From NCBI GenBank assembly GCA_963822445.1, contig CAWGHO010000002.1, positions 1,312,001-1,376,000 of the forward strand: a stretch of 64,000 nucleotides of DNA, read 5' to 3'. A model generated the notes under the pieces. The model saw only the letters and a list, made by a program, of their open reading frames with translations. It did no database searches and was not told where the DNA came from. Shown here one piece after another: positions 54,888 to 64,000 of this stretch. The DNA is from an uncultured Acidobacteriota bacterium (GTDB lineage Bacteria; Acidobacteriota; Thermoanaerobaculia; Gp7-AA8). The position numbers and the translations under genes were made by a program. Position 1 is the first letter of the stretch. Each line of letters begins with the position of its first letter.

Positions 54888-57800
54888 GTGGTCTCAGTGA
54901 GCAGTCCGCCATGGCGCGTCGCCCCTCTGCTGTTTTTCTCGGGGCTTTGCGCGCTCATCTACCAGACGGTGTGGCTGCGCGAGTTCCGGCTGATCTTCGG
55001 CGCGTCGACGTTCGCCACCGGCGCGGTGCTGGCCACGTTCATGGCCGGACTCGGCGCGGGAAGCGCGTGGCTGGGACGGCGTGCAGATGCGCGTGAACGG
55101 CCGCTGCTCTTCTACGGCAATCTGGAGATCCTGATCGCGCTCGGTGCGGGCCTCTCGCCGCTGCTGCTCTGGCTCGCGGCGCAGGCCTATTTCGCGAGCG
55201 GCGGCTCTCCGCAACTGGGGATCGCCGGCGCGACGATTCTGCGACTGGTGCTGGCGACGCTGGTGCTCGGACCGGCGACGTTTCTCATGGGCGGCACGCT
55301 GCCAGCGGCCGCGCGCGCGGTGGCGACGAACGAAGACGGTTCGCGTCGCGCGGTGGCGTTGTTGTACGGCGTGAACACGCTCGGCGCGGTGGCGGGGGCG
55401 TTGTTGTCGACGTTCGTGCTGCTGGAGATTTTCGGCAACCGCGCCACGCTGTTCATCGCGGTGGCGGTGAATCTGGTGGTGGGGATGGTGGCGCGGGGGA
55501 CTGGCCGCGGCGCCGTCGTCGAGCCGCCCGCCAGGTCCCTCGACTTCGCTCGGGATGACAGCGGCGGGAGCGCGCACGTCTACGCGGCTTCGGCCATCGT
55601 CGGCTTCGCATTCCTGGTCATGGAGCTGGTCTGGTATCGGATGCTCTCGCCGATTCTCGGCGGGACGACGTACATGTTCGGGCTGATTCTGGCCGTCGCG
55701 CTTTTCGGAATCGGCGTGGGTGGTGCGCTTTACGCGGGGCGGAGCGCGGCGCGGGCGACGGCGGGTGCGTTCGCGATCACCTGCAGCCTGGAGGCGCTGG
55801 CGGTCGCGGTGCCCTTCGCGCTCGGCGATCAGCTCGCGATTCTGGCGAACGTCCTCCGCGATTTTGGCGTCTCCGGTTTCGGCGGCCACGTCACGGCGTG
55901 GACGTTCATCACGTTTCTTGTCGTGTTTCCCGCGGCGACGGTCGCCGGATATCAGTTCCCGCTGCTCATCGCCCTCCTCGGCCGCGGTCGCGAGAACGTC
56001 GGAGGGCAGATCGGCGGCGCATACGCCTGGAACACCGTCGGCGCGATCGCGGGATCGCTCGCCGGCGGCTTCGGTCTCCTGCCGCTGCTCACCGCGCCGG
56101 GCACCTGGCGGCTCGTCGCAATCCTGCTCACCGCGCTGGCCGCGGTGGCGATCGTCTTCGCGATCCGCGAGCGCGATCACTTCCGCGCGTTCGCCACCGC
56201 CGGCATCGGCGCGATCGCCCTCGCTTGCGCATTCGCGACCGGCCCGACCGCGGTCTGGCGGCACAGCGGCATCGGCGCCGCGCGCGCGACGCAACCGGAA
56301 TCGCGCAACGAGCTTCAGAAGTGGATCAACAGCGAACGACGGACCGTGATCTGGGAGAAAGACGGGCGGGAGAGCAGCGTGGCGATCGTCGCGCCGACCG
56401 ACCTCGCGTTCATGGTCAACGGCAAGAGCGACGGCTCGGCGCGCGGCGACGCGGGCACGCAGGTCATGGTCGGACTCCTCGGCGCAGCGCTGCATCCGAA
56501 TCCGCGCCGTTCGCTCGTGGTCGGACTCGGCACCGGTTCCACGAGTGGGTGGCTGGCGCAGATCCCTTCGATGGAGCGCGTCGACACCATCGAGCTCGAG
56601 CCGGTGGTACTCGACGTCGCGCGCGCCTGCGCACCGGTGAACGCGAATGTCCTCGCGAACCCGAAGTCGCATGTCATCGTCGCCGACGCTCGCGAAGTCC
56701 TGCTCAACCGCGGCGAAACGTACGACCTCATCGCTTCCGAGCCTTCCAATCCATACCGCGCCGGCGTGGCCAGCCTGTTCACGCGCGAGTTCTACCAGGC
56801 CGCCGACCGCCGTCTCGCGCGCGGCGGCTACTTCCTGCAGTGGATCCAGTCGTACGCCATTCACGCGGAGACCATGCAGACGATCTACGCGACGCTCACG
56901 TCGGTCTTTCCCAACGTGCAGACCTGGTGGACCTCCGGCGGGGACTTCCTGCTGGTCGCGTCGCGCGCGCCGATCGTCATCGACGCCGCGACGCTCCGCG
57001 CCCGCATCGCGTCCGAGCCCTTCCGCACCGCGCTCCACAACGTCTGGCGCACCGAAACGGCGGAGCAGTTTCTCGGACGCATGGCCGCGAACGAGACGTA
57101 CGCGCGCGCCGCGGCGAAGGAAGCGCGTGCGCTGAACACCGACGATCGGACCGTGATCGAGTTCGGCTTCGCCCGCAGCATCGACGCGAGCGCAACCCTC
57201 CTCGGCCGGCTCGCCAAAAGCGCAACGGAGATGAATCTCAATCGACCGGTTGCCATGCGCGGCGCGATCGACTGGGAGATCGTGGACGGGAATCGGCTCG
57301 AGCGCATCGCCAATTCGGCCGCGCCGGTAAACCTCGAGCAGATGGCGCAATTCGGATACGCACTCGCGGATCGCGGCGATGAGCGCGCCATCGCGTACGC
57401 GCAAACGGTGGCGCGAAGCGAACCGATCGAAGCGGCGGTCATCCTCGCCGCGTTGCGGGTGCGGCAGGGGAACCACGACGAAGCCGCGGCCATGCTCCGC
57501 GGCGCGCTCGTCGGCTATCGCAGGAACCCCTGGCCCGATCGCGAGGTGATGCAGAACGCGGTCAAGCTGGCCATGCGCATCGGCCGCACCAGTCCGCAAC
57601 GAGCCCGGATGATGTTCGACGCGCTGTCGCAACCCTTCGCGGTGTTGCAGCAGAACGATCTGCGCCGCTTCGCGCTCATCGAGCTCGCGCCGCTGTTCGA
57701 AGGTTGCGGGCCGCACACGATCGCCGCGCTCCGCGCCGTCGAGCCGCATCCGTACTGGAGCAAGGAGTCGCTCGAGCTCCGCGTCGACTGCTACAACCGC

Positions 57801-57926
57801 GCGAACCTCACCGACCTGGCGGAGCAGGCGCTCGAGGACCTCGAGCGATTCACCGCCGCCGCTCCCGCGCCGGTGGTCACGCCACGAGATCGCCCAGCGC
57901 CGCGCGAATCTTCTTCAGATCGTTGA
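54888..57926 (+). CDS. Fused membrane (MFS-like)/spermidine synthase-like protein, copy 1 (start uncertain)
   Basis: SG.CALIYQTVW, TFLMGGTLP, GLGTG.T, DARE, SEPSNP. Confidence 0.9.
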   Translation: MVSVSSPPWRVAPLLFFSGLCALIYQTVWLREFRLIFGASTFATGAVLATFMAGLGAGSAWLGRRADARERPLLFYGNLEILIALGAGLSPLLLWLAAQAYFASGGSPQLGIAGATILRLVLATLVLGPATFLMGGTLPAAARAVATNEDGSRRAVALLYGVNTLGAVAGALLSTFVLLEIFGNRATLFIAVAVNLVVGMVARGTGRGAVVEPPARSLDFARDDSGGSAHVYAASAIVGFAFLVMELVWYRMLSPILGGTTYMFGLILAVALFGIGVGGALYAGRSAARATAGAFAITCSLEALAVAVPFALGDQLAILANVLRDFGVSGFGGHVTAWTFITFLVVFPAATVAGYQFPLLIALLGRGRENVGGQIGGAYAWNTVGAIAGSLAGGFGLLPLLTAPGTWRLVAILLTALAAVAIVFAIRERDHFRAFATAGIGAIALACAFATGPTAVWRHSGIGAARATQPESRNELQKWINSERRTVIWEKDGRESSVAIVAPTDLAFMVNGKSDGSARGDAGTQVMVGLLGAALHPNPRRSLVVGLGTGSTSGWLAQIPSMERVDTIELEPVVLDVARACAPVNANVLANPKSHVIVADAREVLLNRGETYDLIASEPSNPYRAGVASLFTREFYQAADRRLARGGYFLQWIQSYAIHAETMQTIYATLTSVFPNVQTWWTSGGDFLLVASRAPIVIDAATLRARIASEPFRTALHNVWRTETAEQFLGRMAANETYARAAAKEARALNTDDRTVIEFGFARSIDASATLLGRLAKSATEMNLNRPVAMRGAIDWEIVDGNRLERIANSAAPVNLEQMAQFGYALADRGDERAIAYAQTVARSEPIEAAVILAALRVRQGNHDEAAAMLRGALVGYRRNPWPDREVMQNAVKLAMRIGRTSPQRARMMFDALSQPFAVLQQNDLRRFALIELAPLFEGCGPHTIAALRAVEPHPYWSKESLELRVDCYNRANLTDLAEQALEDLERFTAAAPAPVVTPRDRPAPRESSSDR
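55536..55560 (+). repeat. Single REP-like arm inside a CDS
   Basis: TCCCTCGACTTCGCTCGGGATGACA; matches 21048-21071. Confidence 0.9.
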
Positions 57927-58515
57927 CGAAGCGCGCGCGCTCCATCCGCCGCGCTTCATCGGACGGCGCGCGCAGGATCGAGGAAGGATGCACGGTCGCG
58001 GTCACGTACTCGGCGAGCTCCGATTTCACGAACTGGCCGCGCTGGATCGACACCCGGAACTTCGGACTGATCACGGCCTGCGCTGCGGTTGATCCGAGGC
58101 AGATGATCGCTCGGGGCTTGATCACTTGCAGCTCGGCCTGCAGCCAGGGGCGGCAGGCGGAGATCTCGACGGCATTCGGCTTCTTGTGAATGCGCCGCTT
58201 GCCGCGCGGCTCCCACTTGAAGTGCTTGACCGCGTTCGTGACGTAGACCTTCGAGCGATCGATGCCCGCCTCGCCGAGGGCCTTGTCGAAGAGAGCGCCG
58301 GCCGGGCCGACGAACGGACGTCCGGCCAGATCCTCTTTGTCGCCGGGCTGCTCGCCGATGAACATGATCAGCGAGGACTGCTTCCCTTCGCCGAACACGG
58401 TCTGCGTGCCGATCTTGTACAGCTCGCATCCGCGGCACTCCGCGGCGGCCGCGCGAAGCTTGTTCAGCGTGGGTCGGGGAGGGACGAACGGCGCGGCGGT
58501 CGGAACGGTCGTCAT
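57877..58515 (-). CDS. udgX: UdgX family uracil-DNA binding protein
   Basis: C..C, GEQPG, NAVKHFK, KRRIH signature, HPS. Confidence 0.9.
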   Translation of the reverse strand: MTTVPTAAPFVPPRPTLNKLRAAAAECRGCELYKIGTQTVFGEGKQSSLIMFIGEQPGDKEDLAGRPFVGPAGALFDKALGEAGIDRSKVYVTNAVKHFKWEPRGKRRIHKKPNAVEISACRPWLQAELQVIKPRAIICLGSTAAQAVISPKFRVSIQRGQFVKSELAEYVTATVHPSSILRAPSDEARRMERARFVNDLKKIRAALGDLVA

Positions 58516-59711
58516 GAAGTCATCGACAACGCAACACTCGATCCCACCCAGGTGAAATCCTTGTTGAAGTCGACCCCGAGCATTTTCCCGCGCGACAGGC
58601 GCACTAGGTTCTGGGCGAGGATCGGCTTCGGCTCGTCGTCCGGGCGGAGGAACATCAGCCGGATCTCGATCTTCACCCCGCCGCCGTCGACGGCCTCGAG
58701 CGCCGGCTCGTAGGCGATCTTTTCCTGCAGACACCAGGCGTGGCGGTCGCGCTCGGGGATGGCGTCAATGTCCGCGCGCGTCGGCTCGACGTTGACGCCG
58801 CCGCCGGCGAAGGAGAACAGCGGCTTGAGCACGTAACGCGAGAGGTCGTCCGGAACGCGATCGAGCTCGGAGACGAACGTCGCCTTCGGCACGGACTCAT
58901 GCCGCAGAAACGGCAGCGAGTACTTCGACCAGACCCAGTACCAGTTCGGATGCGGCGCCCATTCGACGTCGAGCTCCTCGCGGTAATCGAACGGCAGCTC
59001 GATGCCTTTGGCGATGAGCTCGTCGAACACGATGCGGTTGTAGATCCGCCGCACGGGCGTTCCGTCCGCGCGAAACAGCTGCTTGCCGCGCTTCACCAGC
59101 GTGGTCGGATCGATCGGGTCGACGTCGAAGAGGAGCTTCGTGGCGGCGAAGTCGGGCCAGGTCTTCTGCCGCGGCGGGTCGATGTCCATGAGGATGACTT
59201 CGCGCGGGTCGTTCATCCCCACGATCGTGCGCCGCGCGAGATCGAGGAACGCCTCGCGGTCGTAGCCGGAGTACCAGCACGACCAGGCGAGGTCGAGCCC
59301 GTCCATCTTCGCCAGCGTGTCCTTCCACGCGTCGCGCTGAATGACCTGCAGGCTCGTCAGCGATGGGAAGCCCTGCAGCTCGATCAGCTTCGGAACGAGC
59401 GTGCCGTTCTCGCTGACCACGGCGAAATCGACCTGGGCGAGATTCGGCAGCGCGTCCATTCCCGGCGTGTTCCAGCGCTCGGGGATGGCCGCCTTCATCT
59501 GCTCGATCAGTTTCGGATCGGAGAGCTGTTCGATGATCGCCTGCGCGCTCGTGACCGCGCGCTCCTTGAAATCATCCGAGAGGAAAAGCGGCGTCTCGGC
59601 GAGCCGGAACTCGAAGTTCGAATTCAAACGGCGCGAGAGCTCGGACTGGTACCACGCGTAGAGCTCGGGAGTGAACTGCGCGTTGAACAACTGGCGAAAG
59701 CGGCGATCCAT
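58512..59711 (-). CDS. Circularly permuted ATP-grasp-like protein
   Basis: DFAV...PKLIELQ, YVLKPLFSFAGGGV, LQEKI. Confidence 0.65.
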   Translation of the reverse strand: MDRRFRQLFNAQFTPELYAWYQSELSRRLNSNFEFRLAETPLFLSDDFKERAVTSAQAIIEQLSDPKLIEQMKAAIPERWNTPGMDALPNLAQVDFAVVSENGTLVPKLIELQGFPSLTSLQVIQRDAWKDTLAKMDGLDLAWSCWYSGYDREAFLDLARRTIVGMNDPREVILMDIDPPRQKTWPDFAATKLLFDVDPIDPTTLVKRGKQLFRADGTPVRRIYNRIVFDELIAKGIELPFDYREELDVEWAPHPNWYWVWSKYSLPFLRHESVPKATFVSELDRVPDDLSRYVLKPLFSFAGGGVNVEPTRADIDAIPERDRHAWCLQEKIAYEPALEAVDGGGVKIEIRLMFLRPDDEPKPILAQNLVRLSRGKMLGVDFNKDFTWVGSSVALSMTS

Positions 59712-59847
59712 GCTCGTACTCTATCCTTGCGCGCTTGCGCGCGAGGATCTGCGGTTACACCGGCAGGAACGTAGTCTTTGGCGGCGGTCGTCGCGGTGCC
59801 ACCGTTGATCCTCCGTCGCTCCGCGACGAAGGATAGACTTCAGAGCG

Positions 59848-62800
59848 ATGCGAGCAACCTCCTCTACCTGGCGCGCGGCCATGCTGCTGTTCTGCTCCGG
59901 CGCCTGTGCCCTCATTTATCAAACTGTCTGGATGCGCGACTTTCGCCTGATCTTCGGCGTGTCCACGCTGGCAACCGGCGCCGTCCTGGCGATTTTCATG
60001 GGCGGCCTCGGCCTCGGCAGCGCACTCCTCGGCAAACGCGCGGATACGCATCCACATCCGCTTGCGCTGTACGGACGCTTCGAAGTCGGCATCGCGCTCT
60101 CGGCCGCGGTCAGTCCGCTGCTGCTCATGGCCGTTCGCGCGGTTTACATCGCGGCCGGTGGCTCGAACACCCTCGGCGCCATCGGCGGCACGTTGATCCG
60201 CCTCGCGCTCTCCGCGCTCGTGCTCGCGGTGCCGACGATTCTGATGGGCGGCACGCTCCCGGCCGCGGCCCGCGCGGTCGAATCGAGTGACGACGCCGGC
60301 CGCCGCCGTCTCGCGTTGCTCTACGGAATCAACACCCTCGGTGCGGTCACGGGCACGCTGCTGTCGACGTTCGTGATGCTGGAGCGCTTCGGCAATCGCG
60401 CCACGCTCATCACCGCGGCGTTGCTCAATCTCGCCATCGGTGCGATCGCCATCGCCATGGGGCGAAAGCAAAGTGTGGCCGAGGTTCCGCAGCAAAAATC
60501 GAAGAAGGCGCCCGCGAAAACAGTGGACGAGCCGGTTCGCGGTCCCGCTCTTCCGTCGCAGGTCGTGCTCATCGCCGCGGCGCTGGTCGGCTTCGCCTTC
60601 CTGCTCATGGAGCTGGTCTGGTATCGCGTCCTGTCGCCGATTCTCGGCGGCACGACCTTCATGTTCGGGCTCGTGCTCGCCGTGGCGCTGGCCGGCATCG
60701 GCATCGGAGGCGCGATCTACTCGTTGGGCCGCAGCGAGCGCGTCGCCAGCGGCGCCGGTTTCGCCGTCACCTGCGCGCTCGAGGCACTGGCGATGATCGT
60801 TCCGTTCGCGATGGGCGACCGCATCGCCCTGCTCGCGAATCGCCTCCGAATCGGCGTCGAGACGTTCGGTGGCCACGTCTGGTCGTGGGCGATCGTCACG
60901 ATCATCGTCGCGCTTCCCGCCGCGATCATCGCCGGCTTTCAGTTCCCCCTGCTCATCTCCCTTCTCGGCCGCGGACGCGATGGCGTCGGCCGCGAGACCG
61001 GCCTGGCATACGCGTGGAACACGGGCGGCTCGATCGCCGCATCGTTGCTCGGCGGCTTCATCCTCCTTCCCACCCTCGGCGCTGTCGGCTCCTGGAAACT
61101 CGCCGTCGCCGTGCTGATCGCGCTGGGCATCGTCGCGCTCTACTTCTCGCTCAAAGAACGGAAGCGATTCGCGATCGCGCTTTCCGCCGGCGCCACCATC
61201 GCTTCCATCGCCTGCATGTTTGCGCTCGGCCCCACCGCGCTCTGGCGGCACTCGGGCATCGGCGCCGGCCGCGCGCCGCTTCCGACGACCCTCAACGCGA
61301 CCCGCGACTGGATGCACGCCGTGCGGCGCACGCTCATCCTCGACACCGACGGTCAGGAAAGCAGCATCGCCCTGATCAGCGGCGATGACCTCGGCCTGTA
61401 CGTCAACGGGAAGTCGGATGGCTCTGCGCGCAGCGACTCGGGAACGCAGGTCATGTCCGGAATGCTGCCGGCGATGATTCATCCGAACCCGAAGAAGATG
61501 ATGATCATCGGCCTCGGCACCGGCACGACCTCGGGATGGGTCGCGGCGATTCCGACGGTCGAAAAGGTCGACGTCGTGGAGCTAGAGCAGGTTGTGGTCG
61601 ACGTCGGCCACTACTTCGGGCCCGTCAATCACGACGCGATGAAGAACCCGAAACACCGCACCAGCGTCGCCGACGCGCGCGAGATGCTGCTCACGTCGCG
61701 CGAGAAATACGACCTGATCTTCTCCGAGCCCTCCAATCCGTACCGCGCCGGCATCGCCAGCCTCTACACGAAGGAGTTCTATCGCTCCGCCGCGGACCGG
61801 CTGGAGCCGGGCGGCATCTTCATTCAATGGATGCAGATGTACGCGGTCGACGAGACGACCATTCAGACGATCTTCGCGACGCTGTCGACCACGTTCCCGC
61901 ACATCGAGGCCTGGACCACCACGCACGGCGACGTCGTGCTGACCGCGTCGAAAACGCCGATCGTCTTCGATGCCGACCTGGTGCGCGCGCGTCTGGCGCA
62001 GGAGCCGTACAAGAGCGCCGCCCATCTGGCGTGGCGCGTGGAGACTGTCGAAGGCGTGCTCGGCTACTTCCTCGCCAACGAGAGCGTGGCCAGGAGCATG
62101 GCCGCGAAGGCGACGGAACTGAACACCGACGATCGCGTCGTCATCGAGTTCAGCTTCGCGCGTACGCTCGCCCGCGGCGATTTCGACATGGCCAAGATGT
62201 ACGAGATCTCGCAGATGGCGAAAGGAACGCGGCCCGCGCGCGTTCGCGGCTCAGTGGATTGGGCTGCCGTCGACGCGAACCGCGGCTCGGTGTGGTGGCT
62301 GCCGTCGATCGATCCGCGCAACGCCTTCACCAACGCCTACACGACTCAGGATTTCCTGGGCGCGCTCGGACGCTGGCGCGCCGCGCCCTGGGCTCCGGTG
62401 AACTCGCTGCAGACGGCGATGCTCGCGCAGGTTCTGGCGATGGGTGGCGATCCGCGCGCGGAGCAGCACATCGAATCCTTGCGGGAATGGCAGCCGATCG
62501 AAGCCGACGTCATTCTGGGCATCCTCCGCTGGCAACAGCGGCGGCCGCAGGAAGCCGCACCGCTTCTGCAGTCGGCCTTTCACCGGATGCGCTCCACTCC
62601 CTGGCCGTTGCGCAGCGTGATGGATGCGGGGATCACCTTCGCGCTGGAGATGGCGTCGCGAAAAGAGCTCGGGCCGATCGCGCTCGACGCGCTTTCTCAA
62701 CGCTTTTCGGAATGGCAGCTCGACGAGGCCCGTCGCACGACGTATCTGCTCGTCGCGCATCAATCGACGCGCTGCGGAGCGCCGACGATGGCGTCACTGA

Positions 62801-62943
62801 AGGAGTTCGAGCCGAACATCCCCTGGAACAAGGACGCACTGGAGATTCGCGCGAACTGCTACGCGCAGAACAGTCACCCGCTGGCGGATCAGGCGAAGAA
62901 GGAGCTGGAGGAGTTCAACGAGAACGAGGCTTTCGGGCGCTAG
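59848..62943 (+). CDS. Fused membrane (MFS-like)/spermidine synthase-like protein, copy 2
   Basis: Same motif set as 54888-57926; full-length paralog. Confidence 0.9.
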   Translation: MRATSSTWRAAMLLFCSGACALIYQTVWMRDFRLIFGVSTLATGAVLAIFMGGLGLGSALLGKRADTHPHPLALYGRFEVGIALSAAVSPLLLMAVRAVYIAAGGSNTLGAIGGTLIRLALSALVLAVPTILMGGTLPAAARAVESSDDAGRRRLALLYGINTLGAVTGTLLSTFVMLERFGNRATLITAALLNLAIGAIAIAMGRKQSVAEVPQQKSKKAPAKTVDEPVRGPALPSQVVLIAAALVGFAFLLMELVWYRVLSPILGGTTFMFGLVLAVALAGIGIGGAIYSLGRSERVASGAGFAVTCALEALAMIVPFAMGDRIALLANRLRIGVETFGGHVWSWAIVTIIVALPAAIIAGFQFPLLISLLGRGRDGVGRETGLAYAWNTGGSIAASLLGGFILLPTLGAVGSWKLAVAVLIALGIVALYFSLKERKRFAIALSAGATIASIACMFALGPTALWRHSGIGAGRAPLPTTLNATRDWMHAVRRTLILDTDGQESSIALISGDDLGLYVNGKSDGSARSDSGTQVMSGMLPAMIHPNPKKMMIIGLGTGTTSGWVAAIPTVEKVDVVELEQVVVDVGHYFGPVNHDAMKNPKHRTSVADAREMLLTSREKYDLIFSEPSNPYRAGIASLYTKEFYRSAADRLEPGGIFIQWMQMYAVDETTIQTIFATLSTTFPHIEAWTTTHGDVVLTASKTPIVFDADLVRARLAQEPYKSAAHLAWRVETVEGVLGYFLANESVARSMAAKATELNTDDRVVIEFSFARTLARGDFDMAKMYEISQMAKGTRPARVRGSVDWAAVDANRGSVWWLPSIDPRNAFTNAYTTQDFLGALGRWRAAPWAPVNSLQTAMLAQVLAMGGDPRAEQHIESLREWQPIEADVILGILRWQQRRPQEAAPLLQSAFHRMRSTPWPLRSVMDAGITFALEMASRKELGPIALDALSQRFSEWQLDEARRTTYLLVAHQSTRCGAPTMASLKEFEPNIPWNKDALEIRANCYAQNSHPLADQAKKELEEFNENEAFGR

Positions 62944-62969
62944 ATCCCTCGACTTCGCTCGGGATGACA
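62943..62969 (+). repeat. Single REP-like arm
   Basis: GATCCCTCGACTTCGCTCGGGATGACA between convergent genes. Confidence 0.9.
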
Positions 62970-62985
62970 CGCGCGTTCGCGCGTG

Positions 62986-63570
62986 TCACTTCTTCTTCAG
63001 CTCAGTCAGAACCAGCTTGGCCACGGCCTTGAGCGTGTCGAACACGCCTGTTCCGTTCATGGCCACGGCCTCGAACGTCGGCTCGCCTTTGAAGTTCAGG
63101 CGGCTGTACATCTCGTCCATCGGCAGCGCGGTCGGGAGATCGCGTTTGTTGAACTGGAGGACATACGGCACCTGCTTGAGGTCGTAGCCCTGCTCCTTGA
63201 GGTTCTTCTCTAGATTGATCAGCGACTCGACGTTCGCTTCCATGCGCGCATCCTGCGAGTCGGCGACGAACACCACGCCATCGACGCCCTTCAGGATCAG
63301 CTTCCGCGACGCGTCGTAGAAGACCTGGCCGGGAACGGTGTAGAGGTGAAAGCGGGTCTTGAATCCGCGGACCGTGCCGAGGTCGAGGGGGAGAAAGTCG
63401 AAGAAAAGGGTGCGGTCCGTTTCGGTGGCCAGCGAGATCAGCTTGCCCTTCGCCTGCGGGTTGGTCTTGTCGTAGATCCACTGCAGGTTGGTGGTCTTAC
63501 CGCAGAGGCCGGGACCGTAGTAGACGATCTTGCAGTTGATCTCCCGCGCGGCGTAGTTGATGAACGTCAT
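62986..63570 (-). CDS. mglA: MglA small GTPase
   Basis: [33 protein letters not shown]. Confidence 0.97.
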   Translation of the reverse strand: MTFINYAAREINCKIVYYGPGLCGKTTNLQWIYDKTNPQAKGKLISLATETDRTLFFDFLPLDLGTVRGFKTRFHLYTVPGQVFYDASRKLILKGVDGVVFVADSQDARMEANVESLINLEKNLKEQGYDLKQVPYVLQFNKRDLPTALPMDEMYSRLNFKGEPTFEAVAMNGTGVFDTLKAVAKLVLTELKKK

Positions 63571-63572
63571 CG

Positions 63573-64000
63573 CTATTCGCTGAACAGGCTGTCGATGTCT
63601 TCGTCCGTGATCTCAGCAAACGGAGAGTCGAACCGGTTCGCCGCGGACCCGCGCTCGGCCTCGGACTTCCGCAGGAGCACTTCGAACGTCCGCTCCAGCT
63701 CCTGGGATGCTTTCTTGACGCGCAGCCTGACCAGGCCGAGGGAGGATTTTTCGTCGAAGATCACGACGAGGATGACCCGCTGGGCGACCAGGGAGATGTG
63801 GATGTTGTCCTTCTCCCCTTCGTGAAAGAGGATCGAGAACTCTTTCTCGCCGATCAGCTTGGCCAGACCGTCCGTGGCGGCGACGTTTCCGGCGGTCAGG
63901 GAGGCGAGGGAAGTGGCGTCCACGCCTCGCATGTCGCCGTGAACGGCGATCTGCTGGCCGTTTTTGTCGACCAGAAAACAGATTTTCGAGTTGGAGTCGA
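63573..64000 (-). CDS. mglB: MglB roadblock/LC7 GAP, 5'-truncated by the window edge
   Basis: [42 protein letters not shown]. Confidence 0.95.
   Translation of the reverse strand, partial: DSNSKICFLVDKNGQQIAVHGDMRGVDATSLASLTAGNVAATDGLAKLIGEKEFSILFHEGEKDNIHISLVAQRVILVVIFDEKSSLGLVRLRVKKASQELERTFEVLLRKSEAERGSAANRFDSPFAEITDEDIDSLFSE

Overview
High-GC bacterial chromosome segment spanning the replication origin. Gene order and style suggest an Acidobacteriota (Thermoanaerobaculia-like) or Myxococcota-like organism; this is an inference. Core content: topA, a split atpF'FHAGDC operon, bactofilin-parB-parA-rsmG-mnmG-mnmE-jag-yidC-yidD-rnpA-rpmH, dnaA-oriC-dnaN-recF-gyrB-gyrA, rng, tRNA-Asn, hslUV, recA and mglBA, plus two parS sites and DnaA boxes/trios. 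Single-base indels break an NtrC-type regulator, recF and gyrB, most likely as assembly errors. The most interesting signals are: (1) a three-gene island (RHH-like regulator, degenerate NUDIX/IDI-fold protein, membrane protein) with its own repeated TTTCTAGAAA operator, bounded by a deleted duplicate of the neighbouring ECF sigma 5' end, a candidate uncharacterised defence/conflict module; (2) five intergenic hairpins built from four different 7-8 nt tandem units, two sharing an identical loop 10-mer and some supplying start/stop codons of core genes; (3) an integron attC-like stem with a whole small gene inside its loop; (4) a shared basic C-terminal motif (RRSVR/RARGVRH) on two unrelated exported-type proteins; (5) AT-rich synonymous patches inside topA and recA; (6) a ChpT-like pseudokinase coupled to a sigma54 activator.
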